From Minisyncoccota bacterium (GTDB taxonomy: Bacteria > Patescibacteriota > Minisyncoccia > Phycocordibacterales > CAIJYI01), in the NCBI GenBank assembly GCA_023229825.1, contig JALNYN010000003.1, positions 16,528-80,527 of the forward strand: DNA of 64,000 nt, given 5' to 3'. The stretch's first letter is position 1. Each line of letters begins with the position of its first letter. Below, piece after piece: positions 26,931 through 35,416 of the stretch. A model generated the notes under the pieces. It saw nothing but the letters and a program-made list of their open reading frames with translations, was not told the origin of the DNA and did no database searches. A program made the translations under genes and the position numbers.

Positions 26931-28352
26931 TTAACTCGGCAAGTAAGCTTCGGGATCGAGATAGGCATTTTTTGCTGTCGGAAGCGGCATGGTGAATGTT
27001 TTTCCCGGACAGGCATTGCTGGCGAACGATCCGACCTGAACTCCGTCCGAAGCAAAGACCGTCAGGTGCACATGAGGACCGGTGGAGTATCCGGTATTGC
27101 CGCTGTATCCGATAAGATCTCCGACTTCGACATCTTGTCCGGCGCTTACCTTGATAGTATCGAAGTGTCCAAAAAGCGTCGACAGTCCGTTGTTGTGGCG
27201 GATAAGGATCCATTTGCCGTAAGAAGCCTTCGCACAGGTCAGATCGGTATTTCCGGTCGCAATGACCTCTCCTTTGGCCGGAGATTTGACCGGCGTACCG
27301 CGGTTGGCGGCAAAATCCATTCCGTTGTGAGTTCCCGACGCATACAGCCGTAATGAGTCTTTTGTCTTTCCGAAATGCTGCGTAATGATGATCTTATCGA
27401 GCGGCCAAACCAATATCTTTGAACCGACCTCCGGAATAAATTTTCTGTCGAGCTGACGGGTCAGCTTTGATTCGTATTCGAAAAGCTCCTTTTCAAATTC
27501 TTCCGCTTTCGCTTTGTTTATGTTGAGAATTTTTTGATAATCGGATTCTCGATTTTTCGTCAATGCCAAAAGATCCGCTTTTTCTTTTTTCGCGTTATCG
27601 AGTACTGATTTTTGATCGGAGAGCGTCGATTTATAATTGGTGAGCTTATTTTTTTCGTTCTCGACTTTTGATTTTTGCGCCACCAAACTTGATTGATATT
27701 CGCCGAGTTCTTTCATATGTCCGCGCACCTCCTCGCGAAGCTGCATGAGCTGCATGCTTTCATCCATAATATCGGAAAGCTTGCCGTTTGAAAGAAATGT
27801 TTCGAGGATCGTTTGGTCGTCTGCCTGATCGATGGTCCGCAGAATTTCTGAGAGCGCCTTGCTGACGAGCACTGTTTTTTCTTCGGTATCGGCGATCCCG
27901 AGATTCAACTGCGTAAGGTTGAGTGACGATGTTTCGAGCCTTTTTTGGGTCAGCTGAATGCTGGTGTTCATCTTTTGCCGTTCCAGATCGAGGGTTTTAA
28001 CGGTATTTTGAAGCGTTTTGGTTTGAGTCTGCGTATAGTCCAGCTGCTTTTCGTAGGTTTCTATTTTCTTTTTCAGATCTTCGAGCTCTGAATTCTTTTG
28101 GTTGATCTTGTTGCGCAAGTTCTGCGTTTCTTCTTCCGGGATGGTATAGGTGGTGTCTATCGACGCGGGTTCGCTCGAGATCGAAACCGCTTGAGTATCC
28201 GTGATATCGGTCGTTTCAGCTCCGGTCGTCCGCACGCCGATCGCCGTACATCCCAAAAAAAGCAAGCTCAAAAGGAGCGAAAAAGAATTTTTTTGGCGTG
28301 ACTTGCCGTTTATTCGATGTATGAAATGTAATGGTATCATTTCCCTGTTCAT
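26931..28352 (-). CDS. M23 family metallopeptidase (murein DD-endopeptidase) with lipoprotein signal and long coiled-coil
   Basis: 'HNGMDFAA','GHFDTIKVSAGQDVEVGDLIGYSGNTGYSTGPHVH'; lipobox 'LLFLGC'. Confidence 0.8.
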   Translation of the reverse strand: MNREMIPLHFIHRINGKSRQKNSFSLLLSLLFLGCTAIGVRTTGAETTDITDTQAVSISSEPASIDTTYTIPEEETQNLRNKINQKNSELEDLKKKIETYEKQLDYTQTQTKTLQNTVKTLDLERQKMNTSIQLTQKRLETSSLNLTQLNLGIADTEEKTVLVSKALSEILRTIDQADDQTILETFLSNGKLSDIMDESMQLMQLREEVRGHMKELGEYQSSLVAQKSKVENEKNKLTNYKSTLSDQKSVLDNAKKEKADLLALTKNRESDYQKILNINKAKAEEFEKELFEYESKLTRQLDRKFIPEVGSKILVWPLDKIIITQHFGKTKDSLRLYASGTHNGMDFAANRGTPVKSPAKGEVIATGNTDLTCAKASYGKWILIRHNNGLSTLFGHFDTIKVSAGQDVEVGDLIGYSGNTGYSTGPHVHLTVFASDGVQVGSFASNACPGKTFTMPLPTAKNAYLDPEAYLPS

Positions 28353-28404
28353 ATTTCACAATTGTTTATGTACTTTGTCAAGTCGATAACAATTACGATG
28401 CAAT

Positions 28405-29538
28405 CTATGCTTCATGCCGGAGAGAAACGCGCAGCAGCTGTCGCGCGATCGCTTCCGCTGCGGTGGCATTGTATTCTCCGAATTTTTTCGCTGAATCTTC
28501 CATTCCTTTTCGGAGCTGCGGATTGTTCATATACCGATCGATCTCCGCCGCCAAAAGATGAGGCGTCAGATTCTGTTCTTCGATGACAAAGGCTGAACCG
28601 CTTCTCGCGTAGTGAAAAGCGTTCTTGCGCTGATGATCGCCGTTCGAATTGGTGATCGGTATGATGATACTTCCCTTTCCCCACGATGCGATCTCGAAGA
28701 TAGTTGAGCCTGCGCGCGAGATAATGAGATCGGCAACTCCCGCACACATGCGGAGCGTGAGGTCGTTCAAATACGGATAGGTTTTATACCTTGATCGGTG
28801 AGGGATCGCTTGCAGGATCGTTTCCAGCCGCGTGTCTATTTCTTTCTTGTTCAAATTTCCGACCTGATGAAGGATCTGATATTTATCGAGCAGGAATGGC
28901 AGCGCATCAAGTATGGCTTCATTGATCGTTTGCGACCCCTGTGATCCGCCAAGGATGAGAATGACGGGAACGCCTTCCTCAAGCTCGAGAAATTTGAAAC
29001 TTCCCTGCGTCAGCGGGATCATTATTTCCTTTCTGATCGGATTGCCGGTGACGACCGTTTTTTTCTCAGGAAAATAGGTTACGGCATCGGGATAGGACAC
29101 GGCGACGTATTGCGCGAACTTTGATGCCCATTTGTTCACTCGCCCGGGGACGGTATCGGATTCGTGTATCAAAACGGGAATGCGGAAAAAACGCGCCGCG
29201 ACGAGCGTTGGATACGCGGCAAATCCTCCCTTACTGAAAACGATATCGGGGTAGATCGAAAAAACTATTTTCATGGCGCGAAGAACGGCAAAGAATGTTT
29301 TGAAAACATCCGATATGTTCAGCAAAGAAAAATACGTCCGGCGCTTCCCCGTAGTTATTTCGATGAAATTGATGTTGTGATTGAACAAAAGCTCCTTATC
29401 ATAAGGCTCGTTGGATATGAAATAGAGATCGCTCGGCAAGAGCCGTTCTTTCTGCTCGACTTCTTGAATGGCTTCGGCAACGGCGATGATCGGATAAAAA
29501 TGTCCGCCCGATCCGCCTCCTGTGAATAGTATCTTCAT
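28405..29538 (-). CDS. murG: undecaprenyldiphospho-muramoylpentapeptide beta-N-acetylglucosaminyltransferase MurG
   Basis: 'MKILFTGGGSGGHFYPIIAVAEAI'. Confidence 0.9.
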   Translation of the reverse strand: MKILFTGGGSGGHFYPIIAVAEAIQEVEQKERLLPSDLYFISNEPYDKELLFNHNINFIEITTGKRRTYFSLLNISDVFKTFFAVLRAMKIVFSIYPDIVFSKGGFAAYPTLVAARFFRIPVLIHESDTVPGRVNKWASKFAQYVAVSYPDAVTYFPEKKTVVTGNPIRKEIMIPLTQGSFKFLELEEGVPVILILGGSQGSQTINEAILDALPFLLDKYQILHQVGNLNKKEIDTRLETILQAIPHRSRYKTYPYLNDLTLRMCAGVADLIISRAGSTIFEIASWGKGSIIIPITNSNGDHQRKNAFHYARSGSAFVIEEQNLTPHLLAAEIDRYMNNPQLRKGMEDSAKKFGEYNATAAEAIARQLLRVSLRHEA

Positions 29539-29594
29539 ATCATCTTATTATACCCGATTTCGTGCAAATTTTCATCCATATTGGGGTGAATAAA

Positions 29595-29708
29595 GATACC
29601 AATATACGAATGAGTACCAATATACAAATGAATACGAATACGACCACCACAGTAAATGTCCGTATTCGTATTCATTCGTATCATTCGTAAAAATTCGTAT
29701 ATTGGTAT
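29595..29708. mobile_element. about 114-bp MITE-like palindromic element, copy 1 (TIRs gataccaatatacgaat / attcgtatattggtatc)
   Basis: Near-identical copy at 34133-34236; internal dyad symmetry. Confidence 0.6.
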
Positions 29709-29713
29709 ATTTA

Positions 29714-30826
29714 TTATCCAAATGATGTTCCGCTTTTGTGTCTGGAGATATTTAAAATTATTCCTACCTCGGTGAGCGCAAAAAGGAGAGCGGTGCCGCC
29801 GTGGCTTATGAAAAGCAGCGGGACGCCGGTAAGAGGAAAGAGACCGACCATGGAAGCGATGTTGATAAAGCATTGCGTAACGATGAGAAAAACGATCCCG
29901 ATGACGGCGAGCCGTGCAAAACGGTCCGGTGCCTTGGCAGAAATATGAAAGCCCCGCATGGCAAATAATACAAAAAGCAGAACGATGGTGGTGCTGCCGA
30001 GAAATCCGAGCTCTTCCGATGCCACGGCAAAAATAGAGTCGCTGGTCGGCTCCGGAAGGAACGGCGGAAATTTTTGTATCCCCTGTCCGAATCCCCTTCC
30101 AAACAATTTTCCCGATCCGACGGCGATCAATGACTGGTTCATCTGGTAACCGGATCCCTGCGGATCTTTGTCAGGATTAAGAAAAATATCTATGCGCTCC
30201 TGCAGATAGGGTTTGAAATGTACGACAATAAAGAACGCGAGTATTCCCGCGAGAATGATGGAAATGATATGAGAAAATCTTCCTCCGGCGGCAAAAAACA
30301 TGCACATGCCGGCAATGGCCAGCACGCCGAACGTTCCCATGTCAGGCTGAAGCACTAAAAGTACGGCCGGTATGCCGAGAAGGATAAGAAAAGGTATCGT
30401 TCCATATTTGAACGTGCGAACTTTTTCTTTTGCCGATGCCAGCCACGTCGCGAGGTAAAGAACAAACCCGAGTTTCAAAAGTTCCGATGGTTGAAATGTG
30501 GTAAAACGAAGATCCAGCCAGCGTTTGGCTCCGCCATGTTCAAATCCGATGTACGGCACGAAGACCAAAATACACGCGATGATCCCAGCAAGAAAAAGAT
30601 AAAAAGAAAAACGCCGCAGGTGTTTATAATTGAAGCGCGACAAGATCCATAGCGAGATCGAGCCCAAGAAAAGACCGAGCACGATCTGACTGACAAAAAC
30701 ACTCTGAAATGTTTCTCCGGTCGTTCGCGCCAAAAGTCCGAGGGACGCAGAAAGGAACAGAAAAAAACCGCCCAGCACCAAGGTTAGCGTAATTCCGAGA
30801 AAAATTTTATCGAAAGATTTGGTCAT
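29714..30826 (-). CDS. ftsW: SEDS-family peptidoglycan glycosyltransferase FtsW/RodA
   Basis: 10-TM profile, 'GSGYQMNQSLIAVGSG','FIFAVASEELGFLG' motifs; position between mraY and murG. Confidence 0.85.
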   Translation of the reverse strand: MTKSFDKIFLGITLTLVLGGFFLFLSASLGLLARTTGETFQSVFVSQIVLGLFLGSISLWILSRFNYKHLRRFSFYLFLAGIIACILVFVPYIGFEHGGAKRWLDLRFTTFQPSELLKLGFVLYLATWLASAKEKVRTFKYGTIPFLILLGIPAVLLVLQPDMGTFGVLAIAGMCMFFAAGGRFSHIISIILAGILAFFIVVHFKPYLQERIDIFLNPDKDPQGSGYQMNQSLIAVGSGKLFGRGFGQGIQKFPPFLPEPTSDSIFAVASEELGFLGSTTIVLLFVLFAMRGFHISAKAPDRFARLAVIGIVFLIVTQCFINIASMVGLFPLTGVPLLFISHGGTALLFALTEVGIILNISRHKSGTSFG

Positions 30827-30923
30827 TATTATTTAGTTTTCAGTTTTAAGTTTTCAGTTTTCAGCACACAACAACGAAAAGTCGTTCCTAAAAACTACCA
30901 ACTAAAACTAAAAACTTGTTCGT

Positions 30924-32042
30924 TTACATTACCGGTCCGGACAGTGCTACGATAACTCCGATCAGAGCGAAAATGATCGAGAGGATCCAATACCTCATGG
31001 TGACTTTGTAGGCCGGCCAGCCAATAGCCTCAAAATGATGATGGATCGGCGCAATGAGAAAAACTTTTTTGTGGCGGAATTTTTTGGAAAAAACCTGTAT
31101 GACATTGGAAAGGACCGTGATCGCAAGCGGAAAAGCGACCACCGGAAGGACGGCGACACCCTTGCCGTTCACCTGTGCGTCAGTAAGAAATGCCACGACG
31201 GCAAGCGTTATCGTCAGTCCCATCGTTCCGGTTTCCGCCATGTAAAATCTTGCCGGAGGAATATTAAACCAAAGAAACGCCAGCAATCCGCCGACAATGA
31301 CAAAGCAAAAAGCGGATATGTCGATCTGCTGCTGATAGAAAGCTATGATACCGTAAGCGGAAAAAATGGTCGCAAACACTCCTCCCGCCAAGCCGTCGAT
31401 TCCGTCAATAACTCCGCTTGAATACACGCCGAGCATGACCAGTGAAAAAAATGGGATGAACCAAATGCCCATGCTCACGATCCCGTCAAAAGGAATGGAT
31501 ACGTTCGATACTCCAAGCTTGGCATAGAACCACCAAGCGCCGATAAGCGATATGCAAAAAACCACGAGCAGGCGTTTTTTAAGCGAAAGGCCCCCGGCAA
31601 CGTGATCGCCGTTTCCCAGCACCTCATAGAAATCATCGATAAGACCGATAAGAGAACCGGCAATAAGAGTAAAGAGCGGAAGCCATGTCGTGCTGCGATG
31701 CAGGAAATTTAATTTACCGGTAGTACTGTTCGGGAATAATTCAGAAAGAAGCCAGATAACGGCGATGGTAATGAGGACGCTTCCCCAGATGATAACTCCA
31801 CCCATTTTCGGCGTGCCGACCTCCCGTTCTTTGTGCAGCGCGTTGAATATGGGCGTCTCGCAGCCGGACATATCGCATTTGCCGGACTTTTTCTTCCACA
31901 TTTTGTATTTGTACAGGTAATGCGTCAAAAAAGGCGTCATGGCGATACCGACAAAAAAAGCGATGGCGGTTGGAACAAAAACCTTAACAACGTCTTGTAT
32001 CATCATATAAATACAGTATAAGGGAAATCGGTTAAAATACAA
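30924..32042 (-). CDS. mraY: phospho-N-acetylmuramoyl-pentapeptide transferase MraY (true start possibly the ATG near 32003)
   Basis: 'LIGLIDDFYEVLG', polytopic membrane protein, dcw-cluster context. Confidence 0.85.
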   Translation of the reverse strand: MYFNRFPLYCIYMMIQDVVKVFVPTAIAFFVGIAMTPFLTHYLYKYKMWKKKSGKCDMSGCETPIFNALHKEREVGTPKMGGVIIWGSVLITIAVIWLLSELFPNSTTGKLNFLHRSTTWLPLFTLIAGSLIGLIDDFYEVLGNGDHVAGGLSLKKRLLVVFCISLIGAWWFYAKLGVSNVSIPFDGIVSMGIWFIPFFSLVMLGVYSSGVIDGIDGLAGGVFATIFSAYGIIAFYQQQIDISAFCFVIVGGLLAFLWFNIPPARFYMAETGTMGLTITLAVVAFLTDAQVNGKGVAVLPVVAFPLAITVLSNVIQVFSKKFRHKKVFLIAPIHHHFEAIGWPAYKVTMRYWILSIIFALIGVIVALSGPVM

Positions 32043-32109
32043 AGTGTGTAAAAAATCTCAATGTGTCATTCTCTCATTCCTCCATCCACCTCGCCACGTA
32101 CGAAGCATC

Positions 32110-32585
32110 GTTAACTTTTAACCTGCCGTAAATTCTAGCATATGCCACTTAGCCGGATTAATTTGGTTGATAATCAGCTCGGACCATAGACCATTTTTCA
32201 TCCAGTTTTATCCAAAACAAAAACGAGTATCGCCGGACGGGGTTTGTAACCCCGTCCGAAACGTTTGGCGACCTTGATCGAGTTGTGCTTCAAATTAACC
32301 ATAAACGAAGCCTCCAAATGTTTCGGACGGGGTTACAAACCCCAGTCCGGCGACGGGATTGTGATCGGATTATATTCTCATTCGTATACAAAATTCGTAC
32401 GCTATTTTTGAGATCAAAATTGTTGATTTTAGCTCCGCAACATGGTGATTTCGCATGTATTTTTTTCATACATGCGAATTGTGCCAAAAAACGTAAAAAA
32501 AGGCTTGCGCTACCGAACTAAAACGACGGTGTTATCAACCAAATTAATCCGGCTATTACGCATATGCGTAAATTTACGGCGGGGA
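32110..32585. mobile_element. about 470-bp element bounded by about 48-bp imperfect terminal inverted repeats (ccgtaaatt..ggattaatttggttgataa); contains two family-A palindromes; MITE/IS-remnant-like, non-coding
   Basis: Left arm about 32119-32170, right arm about 32527-32577 are reverse complements with few mismatches. Confidence 0.5.
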
Positions 32586-32626
32586 TTTCTTTGCTTTTTC
32601 TGAATTTTATGATATAGTTATAGGCA

Positions 32627-33013
32627 ATGGATGAGGAAATATATAAAGAAAATATTCTTGATCGATATAAACATCCGCGAAGAAAAAGCGTGCCGGAAAA
32701 GCATGATATTCATGAAGGCGGAGTCAACGCGACCTGCGGGGATAACCTCATTGTGTTTCTTTCGTTTGATGAAAATGGAGACGTTTCGGCCGCACATTGG
32801 GACGGCGAAGGCTGCGCGATAAGCCAGGCCTCGGCCGATATGCTCATGGATAAAATTATCGGCAAAAGCATGCAAAGCATCGGGGAGATCAGCGAAGAAG
32901 AAATAAAAGAGATGCTCGGGATCACGATCGGACCTTCGAGAGAAAAGTGCGCGTATCTGCCAATAAATACTTTGAGAAGATGGCTTGGGGAGCCGGGGTT
33001 TGGACCGGTGTAA
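32627..33013 (+). CDS. sufU: SufU/IscU-like Fe-S cluster scaffold protein
   Basis: 'YKENILDRYKHPR','GVNATCGD','GEGCAISQASADML'. Confidence 0.7.
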   Translation: MDEEIYKENILDRYKHPRRKSVPEKHDIHEGGVNATCGDNLIVFLSFDENGDVSAAHWDGEGCAISQASADMLMDKIIGKSMQSIGEISEEEIKEMLGITIGPSREKCAYLPINTLRRWLGEPGFGPV

Positions 33014-33074
33014 CGAAGTATCAGGAAAAAGTATCAGTATCAGGGGCGACAAAAACACATAACAATATATAAAA

Positions 33075-33800
33075 ATGCAACTAAAAATAAATAATCTTAC
33101 CGTTCAAGCTGAAGAAAAAAAAGTCGTTCAAGATGTTTCTTTGTCGATCGGGTCGGGCGAGGTCCATATTGTTATGGGGTCGAACGGGTCGGGGAAATCT
33201 TCACTCGTCAACGCGATAATGGGACATCCGAAATATTCGATCACAGAAGGTTCCATTGTCCTCGACGACGAAGATATCACTTCCCTTTCCACCGACAAAA
33301 AGGCGAAGAAAGGTTTGTTTCTTTCTCTCCAGCATCTGCCGGAGATCGATGGCGTTTCGTTTACCAATTTTCTCTACCGCTCATACAAAGAACTTTCCGG
33401 AAAAGACATCACCCTTTTGGAATTCAATACGCATGTAAAAGCGGAGGCGAAAAAATACGGATTATCTCCGAGCTTCCTCAAACGAAGCGTGAATGCAGGG
33501 CTTTCAGGAGGAGAAAAGAAACAGAGCGAGGCGTTTCAGCTCGCGTTTTTCGAGCCTAAATTCGCATTTCTCGATGAAATAGATTCCGGCGTGGATATCG
33601 ATGCTGTGGAGAAAATTTTTCAGGTTATCAACGCACTTCGCAAAAAGGGGACGGGCTTTCTGCTCATCACTCACTACGGAAAAATTCTTGAAAAGATCAC
33701 GCCCGATTTCGTGCATATTATGAAGGACGGAAAGATCGTGCGAAGCGGCGGTCCGGAACTCGCGGAAGAGATCGCAAAAAAAGGGTTCAAAGAAGATTAA
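33075..33800 (+). CDS. sufC: Fe-S cluster assembly ATPase SufC
   Basis: 'GSNGSGKSSL' Walker A, ABC signature 'LSGGEKKQ'. Confidence 0.85.
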   Translation: MQLKINNLTVQAEEKKVVQDVSLSIGSGEVHIVMGSNGSGKSSLVNAIMGHPKYSITEGSIVLDDEDITSLSTDKKAKKGLFLSLQHLPEIDGVSFTNFLYRSYKELSGKDITLLEFNTHVKAEAKKYGLSPSFLKRSVNAGLSGGEKKQSEAFQLAFFEPKFAFLDEIDSGVDIDAVEKIFQVINALRKKGTGFLLITHYGKILEKITPDFVHIMKDGKIVRSGGPELAEEIAKKGFKED

Positions 33801-33836
33801 CGTGCCGACAGTTAAAAAACCGATTAAAACAAAAAT

Positions 33837-34124
33837 ATGATCACCGAAAAAGATATTTACGAAGCGCTTCGAAAAGTAAAAGATCCGGAACTGGGACTTG
33901 ATATCGTCGAACTTAATCTCATACGCTCGGTCAAGATAGATCAAGAAGGCGTTGAGATTTTGATGACGCTCACTTCCCCATTCTGTCCGTTCGCGGACTC
34001 GCTTATCGGTGATGTGGAAAAAGAGGTCGGAAAGATCGACGGCGCGGGTTTGGTGCGGGTGGAAATAACGTTTGATCCGCCATGGGAACCATCGGAGGAA
34101 CTGAAAGAAAAGCTGGGTCTTTAA
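33837..34124 (+). CDS. DUF59/MIP18-family Fe-S assembly protein (SufT-like)
   Basis: 'KDPELGLDIVELNLI','TSPFCPFADSL'. Confidence 0.7.
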   Translation: MITEKDIYEALRKVKDPELGLDIVELNLIRSVKIDQEGVEILMTLTSPFCPFADSLIGDVEKEVGKIDGAGLVRVEITFDPPWEPSEELKEKLGL

Positions 34125-34132
34125 ACAATAAA

Positions 34133-34236
34133 GATACCAATATACGAATTTTTACGAATATACAAATGAATACGAATCCGGAAACGGCGTATTCGTTGCC
34201 ATTCGTATCATTCGTAAAAATTCGTATATTGGTATC
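34133..34236. mobile_element. about 114-bp MITE-like palindromic element, copy 2
   Basis: Same TIRs as the copy at 29595-29708. Confidence 0.6.
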
Positions 34237-34245
34237 TGTATTATT

Positions 34246-35193
34246 ATGAAGAACTTTTGGAACAAATTGCCGAAACCGTTTTTTGCTCTTGCGCCGATGG
34301 CGGACGTTACCGATGCGGCTTTTCGTCGTATCATTGCGAAATACGGAAAGCCGGACGTTATGTGGACGGAATTCGTTGCGTGCGACGGACTGCAAAGCGC
34401 CGGGCGCGAACACTTGATGCGCGATCTCTCTTATACGGATGAAGAACGCCCGATCGTGGCGCAGGTGTTCGGTGCAAATCCGGAAAATTTCAGAAAAACC
34501 GCGGAGCTGGTGCGCGAACTTGGTTTTGACGGCATCGACATCAACATGGGCTGTCCTGAAAAAAATATTGAAAAACAGGGCGCGGGCGCTTCGCTCATAA
34601 AGGATCCCTCTCTGGCAAAGGAAATAATCATCGCGACAAAAGAGGGCGCGAAAGAAATTCCCGTTTCCGTAAAAACGCGTATCGGATACAATAAGAATGA
34701 ACTTGAAACATGGGTCCCGTTCCTTCTTGAAACAGGTATCGACGCTTTGACGATCCACGCTCGGACCAGAAAAGAAATGTCGGATGTCCCCGCGCGGTGG
34801 GAACATATTGAACGGGCTGTACAAATTCGCGATGAGATGAGAAGCAAAACACTGATCATCGGAAACGGCGACGTGAAAAATGTTGCGGATGGAAAAGTGA
34901 AGGCGCAACAAACCGGTGCGGATGGAATTATGATCGGACGCGGAATTTTCGGCAACCCCTGGCTTTTTTCCGAACGAACCGAAGAAGCATCATTTCAAGA
35001 AAAATGCGCCGTGCTTTTGGAACACGCGTTTCTCTTTGAAGAAATTTTCGGTGCGACAAAAAACTTCTCGATAATGAAAAAGCATTTCAAAGCGTATGTC
35101 ACGGGTTTTGACGGCGCAAAAGAATTGCGGGTTAAACTGATGGAGACGAACGGTGCGAAGGAAGTAAAAAGGATAATCGAAAATAGAAAATAG
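34246..35193 (+). CDS. dusB: tRNA-dihydrouridine synthase
   Basis: 'FALAPMADVTDAAFRRI','DINMGCP' active-site Cys. Confidence 0.85.
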   Translation: MKNFWNKLPKPFFALAPMADVTDAAFRRIIAKYGKPDVMWTEFVACDGLQSAGREHLMRDLSYTDEERPIVAQVFGANPENFRKTAELVRELGFDGIDINMGCPEKNIEKQGAGASLIKDPSLAKEIIIATKEGAKEIPVSVKTRIGYNKNELETWVPFLLETGIDALTIHARTRKEMSDVPARWEHIERAVQIRDEMRSKTLIIGNGDVKNVADGKVKAQQTGADGIMIGRGIFGNPWLFSERTEEASFQEKCAVLLEHAFLFEEIFGATKNFSIMKKHFKAYVTGFDGAKELRVKLMETNGAKEVKRIIENRK

Positions 35194-35416
35194 AAAATTA
35201 TGACATCTTCGTTTGTTCAAGATAATGAAACATAAACCTTTGTGAGATATTCAAACGTTTCGGACGGGGTTATAAACCCCGTCCGGCGATAAAAGTCCGA
35301 AATATATTAGAAAATAGAGAATCGATAATAGAAAATAGATAAATCGAAAGAAAAAATAGATAATTACGGCGTAGGCGTTTTCTACTTTCAATTTTCTATT
35401 ATCTATTCTCTAATTT

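Noticed and set aside
26767-27213. 148-aa Arg-rich minus-strand ORF across family-B repeats
   Set aside because: Overlaps the well-supported M23 peptidase gene end and repeat cluster; composition artefact
34003-34955. 302-aa and 174-aa ORFs antisense to dus
   Set aside because: Embedded in the dus gene; no motifs
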